This document shows positions 27,471 through 37,079 of a stretch of 43,681 bases of DNA, in pieces. This DNA comes from Actinomycetales bacterium. Its GTDB lineage: Bacteria; Actinomycetota; Actinomycetes; Actinomycetales; BWSM-131. The notes beneath the pieces were generated by a model, which did no database searches, was not told the DNA's origin, and was given only the letters and a program-made list of their open reading frames with translations. Numbering within the stretch: position 1 is the first letter of the stretch; every line of letters begins with the position of its first letter. Location: NCBI GenBank assembly GCA_030149025.1, contig JASBSH010000089.1:1-43681 (forward strand), given 5' to 3'. The translations under genes and the position numbers were made by a program.

Positions 27471-29035
27471 CAGGGCACACCTCCGGGGAAGACCGCCTGG
27501 ATGTAGGGCGTCCGCTCCAGGAGGTCCGTTGCCGCGCGGTTCGTCAGCCCGAACAGCGGACCGGCGACGATCGTGATGGCCAGCCCGACCAGCACCAGAA
27601 GCGTCGTGGGGCCCACCATCCCGGCGGGCAGGGTGCCCGGTTCCACCTCTTCCCCGGTGTCCCCCGCGAAGGTCAGCTCGGACGCCTTGGGCGCCGGCTG
27701 CCAGAACGCACGTCCCCATACCCGGGACATCGCGTACAGGGTCAGCAGGCTGGTGACGACGGAGCCACCGATCAGCACGTAAGCGAGCCAGGTGCCGGCG
27801 TCGGCGCCGGCCTCCAGGAGGCCTACCTTGCCGAGGAAGCCGGAGAACGGCGGAATGCCGGCGAGGTTCATCGCCGGGACGAAGAACAGGACCGCGAGCG
27901 CGGGCGCCGTGCGGAGCAGCCCGCCCAGGTCGGTGAGGGACGTGCTGCCGCTGCGTCGCTCGATCAGACCGGCCACGAGGAAGAGGGTGGTCTGGATGGT
28001 GATGTGGTGCGCGACGTAGACGATGGCCGCGGACATCCCAGCACGCGACCCGAGTGCGATACCGAAGATCATGAAGCCGATGTGGCTCACCAGGGTGAAC
28101 GACAGCATCCGCTTGATGTCGTCCTGGGCGACGGCGCCCAGGATCCCGATGATCATCGTCAGCAGGGCGGCCCACAGCAGCAGCGACTCCAGCCGCCCGT
28201 CCGGGAACAACAGGGTCTGCGTCCGGATGATCGCGTACACACCGACCTTGGTCAGCAAGCCCGCGAAGACGGCGGTGACGGGCGCCGGGGCCGTCGGGTA
28301 GGAGTCCGGCAACCATCCGGACATGGGGAAGATCGCCGCCTTCACGGCGAACCCGATGAGCAGCATCAGCTGCAGCACCAGTCGTGTGCCCTCGGGCAGG
28401 GCGTCGAGCCGGCCGGCCAGCTGGGCGAGGTTGACCGTGCAGGTCGCGGTGTACACCAGCGCGATCGCCACCAGGAAGATCACCGACGACAGGAGGCTGA
28501 CCACGACGTAGGTGATGCCGGACCGGATCCGGGGCGCGGTCCCGCCGAGGGTCAGGAGGACGAAGCTCGCCGCGAGCAGGACCTCGAACCCGACGTAGAG
28601 GTTGAACAGGTCGCCGGAGATGAACGTGATCGACACTCCCGCTGCGAGCACCAGCATCGTCGGGTGGAAGATCGGGAGCGGCGCCTCGCCGTCGCTCTCG
28701 TCGGTGTCCCCGGAGGCCCGGCCCTGCCCGATGGAGTACAGCAGCACACCCAGCGTCACGATCGCCGACACGAGAAGCATCAGGCCCGCGAGCCGGTCCA
28801 CGACCAGCACGATCCCCATCGGCGCCGGCCACCCACCAGCCTCCACGACCAGGGGACCGAACCGGTCGGCACCTACGAGCAGTGCTGCGGCGATCGCCAC
28901 CATGGCGATGAGCACCCCCGCGGTCACGACCCTCTGCAGGGTCCTCCGGCGGGCGACTGCGACCGTGATGCCGGCCCCCACCAGCGGCAGCACCACCGGC
29001 AGCGGCACCAGGGTCTGCCAGGACAGAATGTTCAT
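27470..29035 (-). CDS. mrpD: Na+/H+ antiporter subunit D (NuoN/NuoM-like)
   Basis: 521 aa polytopic protein of the proton-pumping NuoL/M/N family. Confidence 0.9.
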   Translation of the reverse strand: MNILSWQTLVPLPVVLPLVGAGITVAVARRRTLQRVVTAGVLIAMVAIAAALLVGADRFGPLVVEAGGWPAPMGIVLVVDRLAGLMLLVSAIVTLGVLLYSIGQGRASGDTDESDGEAPLPIFHPTMLVLAAGVSITFISGDLFNLYVGFEVLLAASFVLLTLGGTAPRIRSGITYVVVSLLSSVIFLVAIALVYTATCTVNLAQLAGRLDALPEGTRLVLQLMLLIGFAVKAAIFPMSGWLPDSYPTAPAPVTAVFAGLLTKVGVYAIIRTQTLLFPDGRLESLLLWAALLTMIIGILGAVAQDDIKRMLSFTLVSHIGFMIFGIALGSRAGMSAAIVYVAHHITIQTTLFLVAGLIERRSGSTSLTDLGGLLRTAPALAVLFFVPAMNLAGIPPFSGFLGKVGLLEAGADAGTWLAYVLIGGSVVTSLLTLYAMSRVWGRAFWQPAPKASELTFAGDTGEEVEPGTLPAGMVGPTTLLVLVGLAITIVAGPLFGLTNRAATDLLERTPYIQAVFPGGVP

Positions 29036-29526
29036 CGTCCGGCCTCCCGGGCCGGTTGCGAGCCGGGCGCCTGGCTGGCTTCAGAGGACGTGCCCTCCGA
29101 CGGCAGCTGCTCGGGGATGTCATCGCCCAGCACGTGCTCGATGAAATCACTGTCGGTCAGGTCGTCCGCCTCCGCCTTCTTCAGGATGCGAACGTCCTCG
29201 ACGTCGTCCTCGACGGTGTCGCTGCGCGACAGCTGCCAGCTGCGGTGCGCCATCGCGAGGATGAACGCAGTCATCCCGAGGGTGATGACGATCGCCGTCA
29301 GGACCATCGCCTGCGGCAGGGGGTCGGTCATGTCCTCCTCGCGCGCCAGCCCGACGATCGGTGCCCGCCCGGCCGGACCGGCCGCGACCAGGAACATCAG
29401 GTTCGCTCCGTTGCCCACCAGCACCACACCGAGCAGGGCACGGCTGATGCTGCGCGACAGAAGCAGGTACACGCCGGTGGCGAACAGGATCCCGATGGTG
29501 CCCACGAGCACGAGGTTGGGGCTCAT
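29032..29526 (-). CDS. mrpC: Na+/H+ antiporter subunit C (NuoK-like) with a long acidic C-terminal tail
   Basis: 164 aa. The first ~110 aa are MnhC-like (GILFATGVYLLLSRS, LTAIVI). The C-terminal ~55 aa are acidic and low complexity. Confidence 0.85.
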   Translation of the reverse strand: MSPNLVLVGTIGILFATGVYLLLSRSISRALLGVVLVGNGANLMFLVAAGPAGRAPIVGLAREEDMTDPLPQAMVLTAIVITLGMTAFILAMAHRSWQLSRSDTVEDDVEDVRILKKAEADDLTDSDFIEHVLGDDIPEQLPSEGTSSEASQAPGSQPAREAGR

Positions 29527-32441
29527 CCGCGGGCCTCCTGCCGTGATGCGAGACCTGACTCCGCCTGGACCGGGCCGAACGCGTCCCCGCCCTCCCCGGA
29601 CCCCTCCTCCGGCTGCTCGGACTCGATCTGCACGTCGAGCTGTGAACCCAGACTGCGCAGGACGTCCAGCATCAGGCCGATCACGACGAGGTAGACCCCG
29701 ATGTCGAAGAAAGTCGACGTCACGAGCTTCACCGTGCCGAGCAGCGGCAGCTCCACCCGGATGATCCAGCTCTGCAGAACCTCGCCGCCGGCGAGCATCG
29801 CGACCAGACCGACACCCGCGGACAGGAACAGCCCGGCGCCGAGAAGAAGGCCGGGCGTGACCGGCGCGGCGGCCCGCAGCTCACTACGGCCTCCGGCGAG
29901 GTACCGCACGACCAGCCCGAGCCCTGCGACCAGACCGGCCGCGAACCCTCCACCGGGGTTGTTGTGGCCGGAGAACAGCAGGTAGAGCGAGAACACGATG
30001 ATTGTGTGGAACACCAGCCGCGTGATCACCTCGAACATCACGCTGCGTGCGTGCCAGGTGTAGGCGGGGTCGCTGGCCAGCCACGCGTGCCCGCCCGCGC
30101 CGCCGACCGACGCGTACTCACCCCGGCGCCGCCTCGCCCGCCGCACCGCCTCGGCGGACCGGCTCACGAACCGCTCCCGGAGGAACACCAGGCTGGCGAC
30201 CCCGGTCGCCGCCACGACGATGACCGACAGCTCGCCCATGGTGTCCCAGGCGCGGATGTCCACCAGGGTGACGTTGACGATGTTGCGGCCGCCGCCGAAG
30301 TTCAGCGCTCCCTCGGCGAAGCCCACCGAAGCGGGCTGGGCGGTGCGAACGGCGGATGCCGTCAACGCCATGCCCATCACGACCAGGCCGACAAGCGCAC
30401 CGACTCCGGCACGGACCCAACGGCCGATACCGGGTGGGATGTCCCAGAACCGCGAGGGCAGCCTGCGCAGCACCAGCACGAAGACGACCAGCGTCACCGT
30501 CTCGACGAGGATCTGGGTGAGGGCGAGGTCCGGCGCGCCGTGCAGCAGGAACAGCATCGCCGTGCCGTAACCGGTGACCCCGAGCAGGACCGCGGCGCGC
30601 AGACGTCGCCGGGAGCGCGCCGTCCACACCGCGGCGACGGCGATCACGATGCCGACCCCGGCCTGCGCCGGGGAGTCCCACCAGCGCACCTGTTCCGGCC
30701 AGCGCACCCCGAGCAGCAGGGCCCCGCCCGGCAGCAGCACCACCACCCCGAGGATGAGGCCCAGCGTCAGCGGCAGGGATCCTCGCTGCAGGCCGCCGGT
30801 CACCTCCATCGAGACCCGGTCCAGCCCGCGCATGGTCCGGCGGTAGACCTGGTCGGTATCCGCGACGACCGGCAGCCGGGCCTGCGCCTGCTCCACCTGC
30901 GCACGGGCACCGAAGAGCAGGGAGCCGAGCAGGATCGTCAGCAGGGACAGCAGCAGCGCGGTGTTCACCCCGGGCCACAGCGCCAGGTGCACCGCGCTCC
31001 TTCCGGGCGGCAACGCGTCCACGTACCCGCCGAGCAGCGTCTCGATCCGCCCGGAAAGCGGCCCCCCGGCCAGGCTCAGCAGGGCCAACAGCACCGGCGC
31101 AAGGGTGAGCAGCAGCCCGGGCGCGTGCCGGACAGGGGTGGGGGCGGGCGCGCGGCCGAGGAACGCGCCCCAGACGAAGCGGGCGCTGTAGGCGAACGTC
31201 AGCACCGAACCGGTCACCAGGACGACGAGCAGCGCGGTGTCGAGCCCGCCACCGCCGACGAACGACGCGTAGGCGGCCTCTTTGCCGACGAAGCCGAGCA
31301 GCGGTGGCACGCCGGCCTGCGACGCGGCCGCGAGCACGCTCGCCCAGAACGCCCACGGCAGAGCGGTGCGCAGGCCGTTCAGCTCACGCAGGTCCCGTGT
31401 GCCGGTGGCGTGGTCGATCAAACCGACGACGAGGAACAGGCAGGCCTTGAACAGCGCGTGCGCCAGGAGGATCGTCACCCCGGCGAGGGCGGCGCCGCGC
31501 GTGCCGAACCCCACCAGCGTGGTCATGAACCCGAGCTGGCTGACCGTGCCGTAGGCGAGCAGCAGCTTCAGGTCGTACTGGCGCAGCGCCCGCCACGCAC
31601 CGACCAGCATGGTCAGGCCGCCGAGGACGAGGACGACGACACGCCAGCTGGGTAGGTCGGCGAACCCGGGTGCCAGTCGGGCGACCAGGTACACCCCGGC
31701 CTTCACCATTGCCGCGGCGTGCAGGTAGGCGCTGACGGGTGTCGGCGCCGCCATCGCCCCCGGGAGCCAGAAGTGGAACGGGACGAGGGCGGACTTGGTG
31801 ATCGCACCGGCGAGCAGCAGGACCACCGCGACGGTGACGATCGTGCCGGACGGGGGCTCGGCGACGATCGTCGAGAGCCGGTAGCTGCCGACGTGCTGGC
31901 CGATCAGGACGATGCCGGCGAGCATGGCAAGGCCGCCGGCCGTGGTGACGACCAGCGCCTGGGTGGCCGCGGACCGGCTCGTCCGTTCGCCCGAGTAGTG
32001 CCCGATCAGCAGGTAGGACAGGACGGTCGTGAGCTCCCAGAAGACGTAGAGCACCAGCAGGTCGTCGCTGAGGATCAGGCCGAGCATCGCCCCGGCGAAC
32101 GCTGTGAGGTTGCCGGCGAAGGCCCCCGGACCCGGTTCGGCGTCGTCGAAGTAGTGCGTGCAGTAGAGGAGCACGAGGGCGCCGACGCCGCCGACGATCA
32201 GGGTCAGCAGCCAGCTGAGGGTGTCCAGCCGGAACGTCAGGGTCATTCCCAGGGCCGGCACCCACTGGAACTGCTCGACCGGGAGCTCGCCTGCCTGCAC
32301 CCGGCTCGTCATGGCACCGGCCCAGACGGCCGCGGCAGCAGGGGCGAGCGCCAACAGCGGGAAGGCCTTGCGGCCGAGGGCACGGACCAGGAAGGGCGCG
32401 GCGATGGCCGCCAGGGCATGGGCGGCCAGGAGCGCGATCAT
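29523..32441 (-). CDS. mrpA: Na+/H+ antiporter subunit A fused with B
   Basis: 972 aa from ATG 32441 (GGGGAGG upstream; the track start is 32492). NuoL-like N-terminal part plus an MnhB-like C-terminal part. Confidence 0.9.
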   Translation of the reverse strand: MIALLAAHALAAIAAPFLVRALGRKAFPLLALAPAAAAVWAGAMTSRVQAGELPVEQFQWVPALGMTLTFRLDTLSWLLTLIVGGVGALVLLYCTHYFDDAEPGPGAFAGNLTAFAGAMLGLILSDDLLVLYVFWELTTVLSYLLIGHYSGERTSRSAATQALVVTTAGGLAMLAGIVLIGQHVGSYRLSTIVAEPPSGTIVTVAVVLLLAGAITKSALVPFHFWLPGAMAAPTPVSAYLHAAAMVKAGVYLVARLAPGFADLPSWRVVVLVLGGLTMLVGAWRALRQYDLKLLLAYGTVSQLGFMTTLVGFGTRGAALAGVTILLAHALFKACLFLVVGLIDHATGTRDLRELNGLRTALPWAFWASVLAAASQAGVPPLLGFVGKEAAYASFVGGGGLDTALLVVLVTGSVLTFAYSARFVWGAFLGRAPAPTPVRHAPGLLLTLAPVLLALLSLAGGPLSGRIETLLGGYVDALPPGRSAVHLALWPGVNTALLLSLLTILLGSLLFGARAQVEQAQARLPVVADTDQVYRRTMRGLDRVSMEVTGGLQRGSLPLTLGLILGVVVLLPGGALLLGVRWPEQVRWWDSPAQAGVGIVIAVAAVWTARSRRRLRAAVLLGVTGYGTAMLFLLHGAPDLALTQILVETVTLVVFVLVLRRLPSRFWDIPPGIGRWVRAGVGALVGLVVMGMALTASAVRTAQPASVGFAEGALNFGGGRNIVNVTLVDIRAWDTMGELSVIVVAATGVASLVFLRERFVSRSAEAVRRARRRRGEYASVGGAGGHAWLASDPAYTWHARSVMFEVITRLVFHTIIVFSLYLLFSGHNNPGGGFAAGLVAGLGLVVRYLAGGRSELRAAAPVTPGLLLGAGLFLSAGVGLVAMLAGGEVLQSWIIRVELPLLGTVKLVTSTFFDIGVYLVVIGLMLDVLRSLGSQLDVQIESEQPEEGSGEGGDAFGPVQAESGLASRQEARG

Positions 32442-32597
32442 GTCGCCTCCCCGGGTCGCTGCGGCACGGTCGGCGGCCGTCCCCAGCCTCATGGTGGTCG
32501 GAAATGCCTCGGGCCGGGTGGACCGCTTGAATCCTAACGGCTACTTTCGATCCGTTCGAATTCGTCTCTCGGTGTTTACCGAGTGGGGGCTGTCTCC

Positions 32598-32978
32598 ATG
32601 CACCGCAATCCTGAGCACTGCCGGACCTTGCTGCCAGCCGAGTGCGTCGAGGGGCACCTGGAGGAGCGGCTCGCGGAGGTGACCCACGGCATGCGGACGG
32701 CCCTCGAGAGGGGCTACGCCGTCACGGTCGTCACCCACGAGGCGACGCTGACGACCCAGGAGGCGGCCGACGTCCTCGGCGTGAGCCGCCCGACCCTCGT
32801 CCGCCTGCTGGAGCAGGGCCGGATCCCGTACGACCAACCGGGGCGCCACCGTCGCCTTCGCCTGAAGGACGTGCTCGACTTCCAGGCGGCCCACCACCAC
32901 GACAGCGCTCACGCCCTTGCCGACGGCGGCACAATGCCCTCCGAAGTCATTCCGGAGTCGTCGGTCAAAGGTCACTGA
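32598..32978 (+). CDS. excisionase-family HTH DNA-binding protein resembling type II antitoxins; no partner gene, possibly 3'-truncated
   Basis: LTTQEAADVLGVSRPTLVRLLEQGRIPYDQPGRHRRLRLKDVLDF is the classic excisionase/MerR-like HTH seen in PIN-associated antitoxins. The start is ATG 32598 or GTG 32583. It is followed directly by gene fragments on the other strand. Confidence 0.55.
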   Translation: MHRNPEHCRTLLPAECVEGHLEERLAEVTHGMRTALERGYAVTVVTHEATLTTQEAADVLGVSRPTLVRLLEQGRIPYDQPGRHRRLRLKDVLDFQAAHHHDSAHALADGGTMPSEVIPESSVKGH

Positions 32979-32993
32979 GTGCTCGCTGTCACC

Positions 32994-33150
32994 TGCGCCG
33001 GGCTCCGCCGCGCGGATCGCCGGCAGCAGCACGCGCTCAGCGCACGCCATCGAGACGTCGTAGTGCCCGGCGGTGAAACCGAAGTCGCCGGCAAGGCCGC
33101 AGCAGCCGGATTCCAGCACGTTGGGCCGGGCACCCATCCGCTTCATCAGC
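32994..33150 (-). pseudogene. C-terminal fragment (CCG-domain region) of a FAD-binding/(Fe-S)-binding oxidoreductase
   Basis: MKRMGARPNVLESGCCGLAGDFGFTAGHYDVSMACAERVLLPAIRAA carries the cysteine-rich CCG motif and the tail typical of large GlcD-GlcF-fusion proteins. Family-like sequence stops near 32990. Confidence 0.6.
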
Positions 33151-33177
33151 CGGTTTCGTCGTCGTAGCCCATGACGG

Positions 33178-33513
33178 GTCGTTCAAGTCGTCCAGCACGA
33201 TGCCCGGCCCGACGACGCACGTGCGCTGGTCGGGGTCGACGGAGGGCAACCGATTGCAGTACTTGGACCAGTCGATCACCACCGCCGTGTTCGTGCACTC
33301 ACCCGCGAGCGACGTGCCACCGCCCCTGGACAGCACCCGCGCGCGGTGCTCACGGCACACCGCGACGGCCTCGACGGCCGCGTGGACGGTGCGCGGCACC
33401 ACCACCCCGATGCGCACTTGGCGGTAGTTTGACCCGTCGGTGGAGTAGGCGGACCGCGAACCGGCGTCGAACCGGACCTTCCCGTCGACGCGGGCCCGCA
33501 GACCGGCGAGCGC
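33178..33513 (-). pseudogene. N-terminal FAD-binding fragment of the same or a similar oxidoreductase (about 110 aa only)
   Basis: VRFDAGSRSAYSTDGSNYRQVRIGVVVPRT..RGGGTSLAGECTNTAVVIDWSKYCNR..VGPGIVLDDLN is the PCMH FAD-domain start. The frame then degenerates, and the roughly 700 aa expected between this piece and the CCG fragment are missing. Confidence 0.65.
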
Positions 33514-33690
33514 CTGCCTAGCCCGTGCCTGGCCCGGTTCGGGCAGGTGCTTGGTGGACGGGAAGCTCGTCCCGGCCATCAGGAGGATGTCGATCTCCTC
33601 GATGAGCTCCTCGCTGGGCTTGGTCCCGAGCAGTCCCAGCGGCGCTACCCGCAGCGCCGCAAGGCAAACCGGCCACGGGTCGACATGATG
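33514..33690 (-). pseudogene. fragment of a thiamine-diphosphate enzyme (PoxB / pyruvate:quinone oxidoreductase-like central region), fused in frame to the FAD fragment
   Basis: PLGLLGTKPSEELIEEIDILLMAGTSFPSTKHLPEPGQARARQ follows the PoxB pattern GLIG(x4)(x7)D-xLxxxGTxFPxxxxxP. An in-frame TAG lies just upstream. Confidence 0.5.
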
Positions 33691-33871
33691 CGAGTCACAC
33701 CCGGCACGCTAACGGCGGCGGTCCGACGCGTACGTTTGCCCTGTGGCTCAGGGGCGAAGGTGGTGGGACTCACGCCCTGAACACGTGAAGTTACCGACCA
33801 GTAGCATCCACGCTGTCCCGAGCACCTAGGGTTGGCCGAACCGGAACACAAGCGACGAGGAGCCTGAACAC

Positions 33872-36151
33872 ATGCAGGTTGCTGTCATCGTCATCAGCCT
33901 GGCCGCGACGGCGGTCGGCGTCGCGCTGTTCGCGCGGACCGTCGCGGGCTTCACACGGCAGTTCAGGCTGGGCCAGCCGGAGAAGCGCTCGGACAACCCG
34001 GGCGTCCGCACCGTGACGCTGTTCAGGGAGTTCCTGGGCCACACCCGCATGGCGAAGCTTCCGCTGGTCGCGGTGGCGCACTGGTTCGTCATGGTGGCTT
34101 TCGGGTTCCTGTTCCTCACGCTGGTGACCGCGTACGGGCAGCTGTTCAACCCGGCGTTCACGCTGCCGGTGATCGGGCAGTGGCCCCCGTTCGAGTGGGG
34201 CACCGAGGTACTCGGCTGGTTGTCGGTGGTGTCGATCGTGGTGCTGATGGCGATCCGCCAGGTGAAGCACCCACGGCGGTACCGCGGTGAGCACGGCCTG
34301 AACATCGCCTCGGGTGAGCGGGGTTCGCGCTTCTACGGGTCCAGCTTCTGGCAGGCGTACTACGTCGAGCTGACCATCCTCGGGGTTGGCGCGGCCATCG
34401 TCGTGCTGCGCGGGCTGGAGTACGCGCTCGGCAAGGCCGAGGGCGAAAGCTGGGCGACGGCGCTGCACTTCCCCCTGACGGCGTGGCTGGGGTCGGCATT
34501 CAGCGGCGCCTCCGCCGGTGCGCTGGAGGCGGCGATCATCGGTGTCGCAGCGCTGAAGATCCTCATCTCGATGGCCTGGATGATCACCATCGGGCTGACT
34601 CCCACGATGGGTGTGGCCTGGCACCGGTTCCTCGCGTTCTTCAACATCTGGTTCAAGCGCCACGCCGACGGCAGGGTCTCACTCGGCGCGCTGCAGCCCA
34701 TGAAGGTCGACGGTGAGCCGATCGACTTCGAGAACATCGACGAGCTCGACGAGGACGCCGCGCTCGGGGTCGGCAAGGTCGAGGACTTCACCTGGAAGGG
34801 CCTGCTCGACTTCTCCACGTGCACTGAGTGCGGCCGCTGCCAGAGCCAGTGCCCGGCGTGGAACACCGACAAGCCGCTCAGCCCCAAGATGGTGATCCTG
34901 CAGCTGCGGGATCACGCGCATGCGAAGGCGCCATGGCTGCTGGCCACGGAGGAGGCGCGCGGGGACCTTCCGGCGGACGTGCTCGCCGCCGCCGAGCGCC
35001 CGCTGGTCGGCCCGACGGAGGGCGACCCGTGGCGGCCAACGGGCGGCGCGGTGATCGACCCGGACGTCCTGTGGTCGTGCACCACGTGCGGCGCCTGCGT
35101 CGAGCAGTGCCCGGTCGACATCGAGCACGTCGACCACATCGTCGACATGCGGCGCAACCAGGTGCTCATCGAGTCGGCGTTCCCGAGCGAGCTGGGCGGT
35201 CTGTTCAAGAACCTGGAGAAGAACTCCAACCCGTGGGGCATGTCGCCGCGCAAGCGGCTGGAGTGGGCGCAGGCCCTGCCGTTCGAGGTCAAGCAGGTCG
35301 GCGCCGACGTGGAGGACCTGACCGAGGTCGAGTACCTGTTCTGGGTGGGCTGCGCCGGCGCCTTCGAGGACCGCGCGAAGAAGACGACCCAGGCGGTGGC
35401 CGAGCTGCTGCACACGGCGGGCGTCGAGTTCGCCGTTCTCGGTGACGGCGAGGGCTGCACCGGCGACCCGGCACGCCGGGCCGGCAACGAGTTCCTGTTC
35501 CAGATGCTCGCCCAGCCGAACGTCGAGACGCTGAACGAGCTGAAGGCCACGAAGATCGTCGTGACCTGCGCGCACTGCTTCAACACGATCAGCAACGAGT
35601 ACCCGCAGCTCGGCGGCAACTACGAGGTCGTGCACCACACCCAGCTGCTCAACAAGCTGGTCCGGGAGAAGAAGCTCGTGCCGGTGGCGCCGCCGTCCGG
35701 CCCGGTGAAGGGCCTCGGCGAGTCGGGTGCCGGCGCGTCCTCGCCGACGGTCACCTACCACGACCCGTGCTACCTCGGCCGCCACAACGGCGTCTACAAC
35801 CCGCCGCGGGAGCTGATCGGCTCGCTGCCGGGTGTCGAGATGCGCGAGATGGAGCGCTCCCGCGAGCGGTCCTTCTGCTGCGGCGCCGGCGGTGCGCGCA
35901 TGTGGATGGAGGAGAAGCTCGGCACCCGCATCAACGCAAACCGCACTGCCGAGGCCGTTGCCACGGGGGCGGACACCATCGCGATCGGCTGCCCGTTCTG
36001 CCGGGTGATGATCTCCGACGGCCTCACCGCCGCGCAGTCCGAAGGGACGGCTCGCGAGGAGGTCCAGGTCCTGGACGTCGCCCAGATGCTGCTGGCCGCG
36101 GTCAAGCGCGGCGAGGCGCAGAACGAGCCCGAGGCCGTGCCCGCCCCGTGA
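33872..36151 (+). CDS. membrane-anchored (Fe-S)-binding oxidoreductase, HdrD/GlcF-like (M. tuberculosis Rv0338c-type)
   Basis: 759 aa with N-terminal TM helices, two CxxCxxCxxxCP ferredoxin motifs (CTECGRCQSQCP, CTTCGACVEQCP) and C-terminal CCG domains (CCGAGG). Confidence 0.85.
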   Translation: MQVAVIVISLAATAVGVALFARTVAGFTRQFRLGQPEKRSDNPGVRTVTLFREFLGHTRMAKLPLVAVAHWFVMVAFGFLFLTLVTAYGQLFNPAFTLPVIGQWPPFEWGTEVLGWLSVVSIVVLMAIRQVKHPRRYRGEHGLNIASGERGSRFYGSSFWQAYYVELTILGVGAAIVVLRGLEYALGKAEGESWATALHFPLTAWLGSAFSGASAGALEAAIIGVAALKILISMAWMITIGLTPTMGVAWHRFLAFFNIWFKRHADGRVSLGALQPMKVDGEPIDFENIDELDEDAALGVGKVEDFTWKGLLDFSTCTECGRCQSQCPAWNTDKPLSPKMVILQLRDHAHAKAPWLLATEEARGDLPADVLAAAERPLVGPTEGDPWRPTGGAVIDPDVLWSCTTCGACVEQCPVDIEHVDHIVDMRRNQVLIESAFPSELGGLFKNLEKNSNPWGMSPRKRLEWAQALPFEVKQVGADVEDLTEVEYLFWVGCAGAFEDRAKKTTQAVAELLHTAGVEFAVLGDGEGCTGDPARRAGNEFLFQMLAQPNVETLNELKATKIVVTCAHCFNTISNEYPQLGGNYEVVHHTQLLNKLVREKKLVPVAPPSGPVKGLGESGAGASSPTVTYHDPCYLGRHNGVYNPPRELIGSLPGVEMREMERSRERSFCCGAGGARMWMEEKLGTRINANRTAEAVATGADTIAIGCPFCRVMISDGLTAAQSEGTAREEVQVLDVAQMLLAAVKRGEAQNEPEAVPAP

Positions 36152-36158
36152 CGCTCCG

Positions 36159-37079
36159 GTGAGGACCTGCGCGGCCTCCGACTGGACCGTCAAGGAACTG
36201 CTCGCAGCGAAGACGGCGGGCGGGCACACCGTGAGCCTGGTGCTGCCGGCGCGCAACGAGCAGGCGACGGTCGGACGCGTGGTCGCTGCGTTGCTCCCGT
36301 TGGTCGACGCGGGTCTCGTTGACGACCTGGTCGTCATCGACAGTCTCTCGGACGACGACACGCAGGCCGCGGCGTCGGCCGCCGGCGCCCGGGTGGTCAC
36401 CTGCGCAGACGCGCTGCCGGAGCTGGAGCCGTTGCAGGGCAAGGGAGAAGCGATGTGGCGGTCGCTGTTCGCGACCTCCGGCGATGTCGTGGCCTTCTGC
36501 GACGCCGACCTCCTGGACGCCGGGCCGCACTACGGCATCGGCCTGCTGGGACCGTTGCTGACCGAGCCGGATACGTTGCTGGTCAAGGGTTTCTACGACC
36601 GGCCCCTGGTTGACGACCGGGGGTCACTCACCGGCTACGGAGGTCGCGTCACCGAGCTGGTCGCCCGACCCTTGCTCAACCTGCACTGGCCTGAGCTGTC
36701 CGGGTTGGTGCAGCCGTTGGCGGGTGAGTGGGCGGGGCGTCGGTCACTGCTGGAGTCCCTGCCGTTCCCGGTCGGGTACGGCGTCGAGATCGCGGTGCTG
36801 CTGGACACGTTGGCAAAGCACGGTTCTCAGGTGATCACGCAGGTTGACCTCGGTCGGCGGACCCACTTGCAGCAGTCCGAGGACGCTCTCGGCGTGATGG
36901 CCGCCGAGGTGATGGCCACGGCCCTGAGGCGCTTGGACGTAGCCGTCACCGGAAAGACGCTGACGCAGTTCATCACCGACGCGGTGGGGCGCCGCGAGGT
37001 GACGACCCCGGTGCCGATGCTGGAGCGTCCCCCGGCCGCCACCTTTCACCACCCCATGCCCCACAACCCCATCCCGTGA
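36159..37079 (+). CDS. gpgS: glucosyl-3-phosphoglycerate synthase
   Basis: 306 aa, collinear with my recollection of M. tuberculosis GpgS (SLVLPARNEQATV, GKGEAMWRS, GGRVTELVARPLL, PGYGVEI-type segments). The C-terminal tail and stop codon lie inside repeat copy A. Confidence 0.85.
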   Translation: MRTCAASDWTVKELLAAKTAGGHTVSLVLPARNEQATVGRVVAALLPLVDAGLVDDLVVIDSLSDDDTQAAASAAGARVVTCADALPELEPLQGKGEAMWRSLFATSGDVVAFCDADLLDAGPHYGIGLLGPLLTEPDTLLVKGFYDRPLVDDRGSLTGYGGRVTELVARPLLNLHWPELSGLVQPLAGEWAGRRSLLESLPFPVGYGVEIAVLLDTLAKHGSQVITQVDLGRRTHLQQSEDALGVMAAEVMATALRRLDVAVTGKTLTQFITDAVGRREVTTPVPMLERPPAATFHHPMPHNPIP

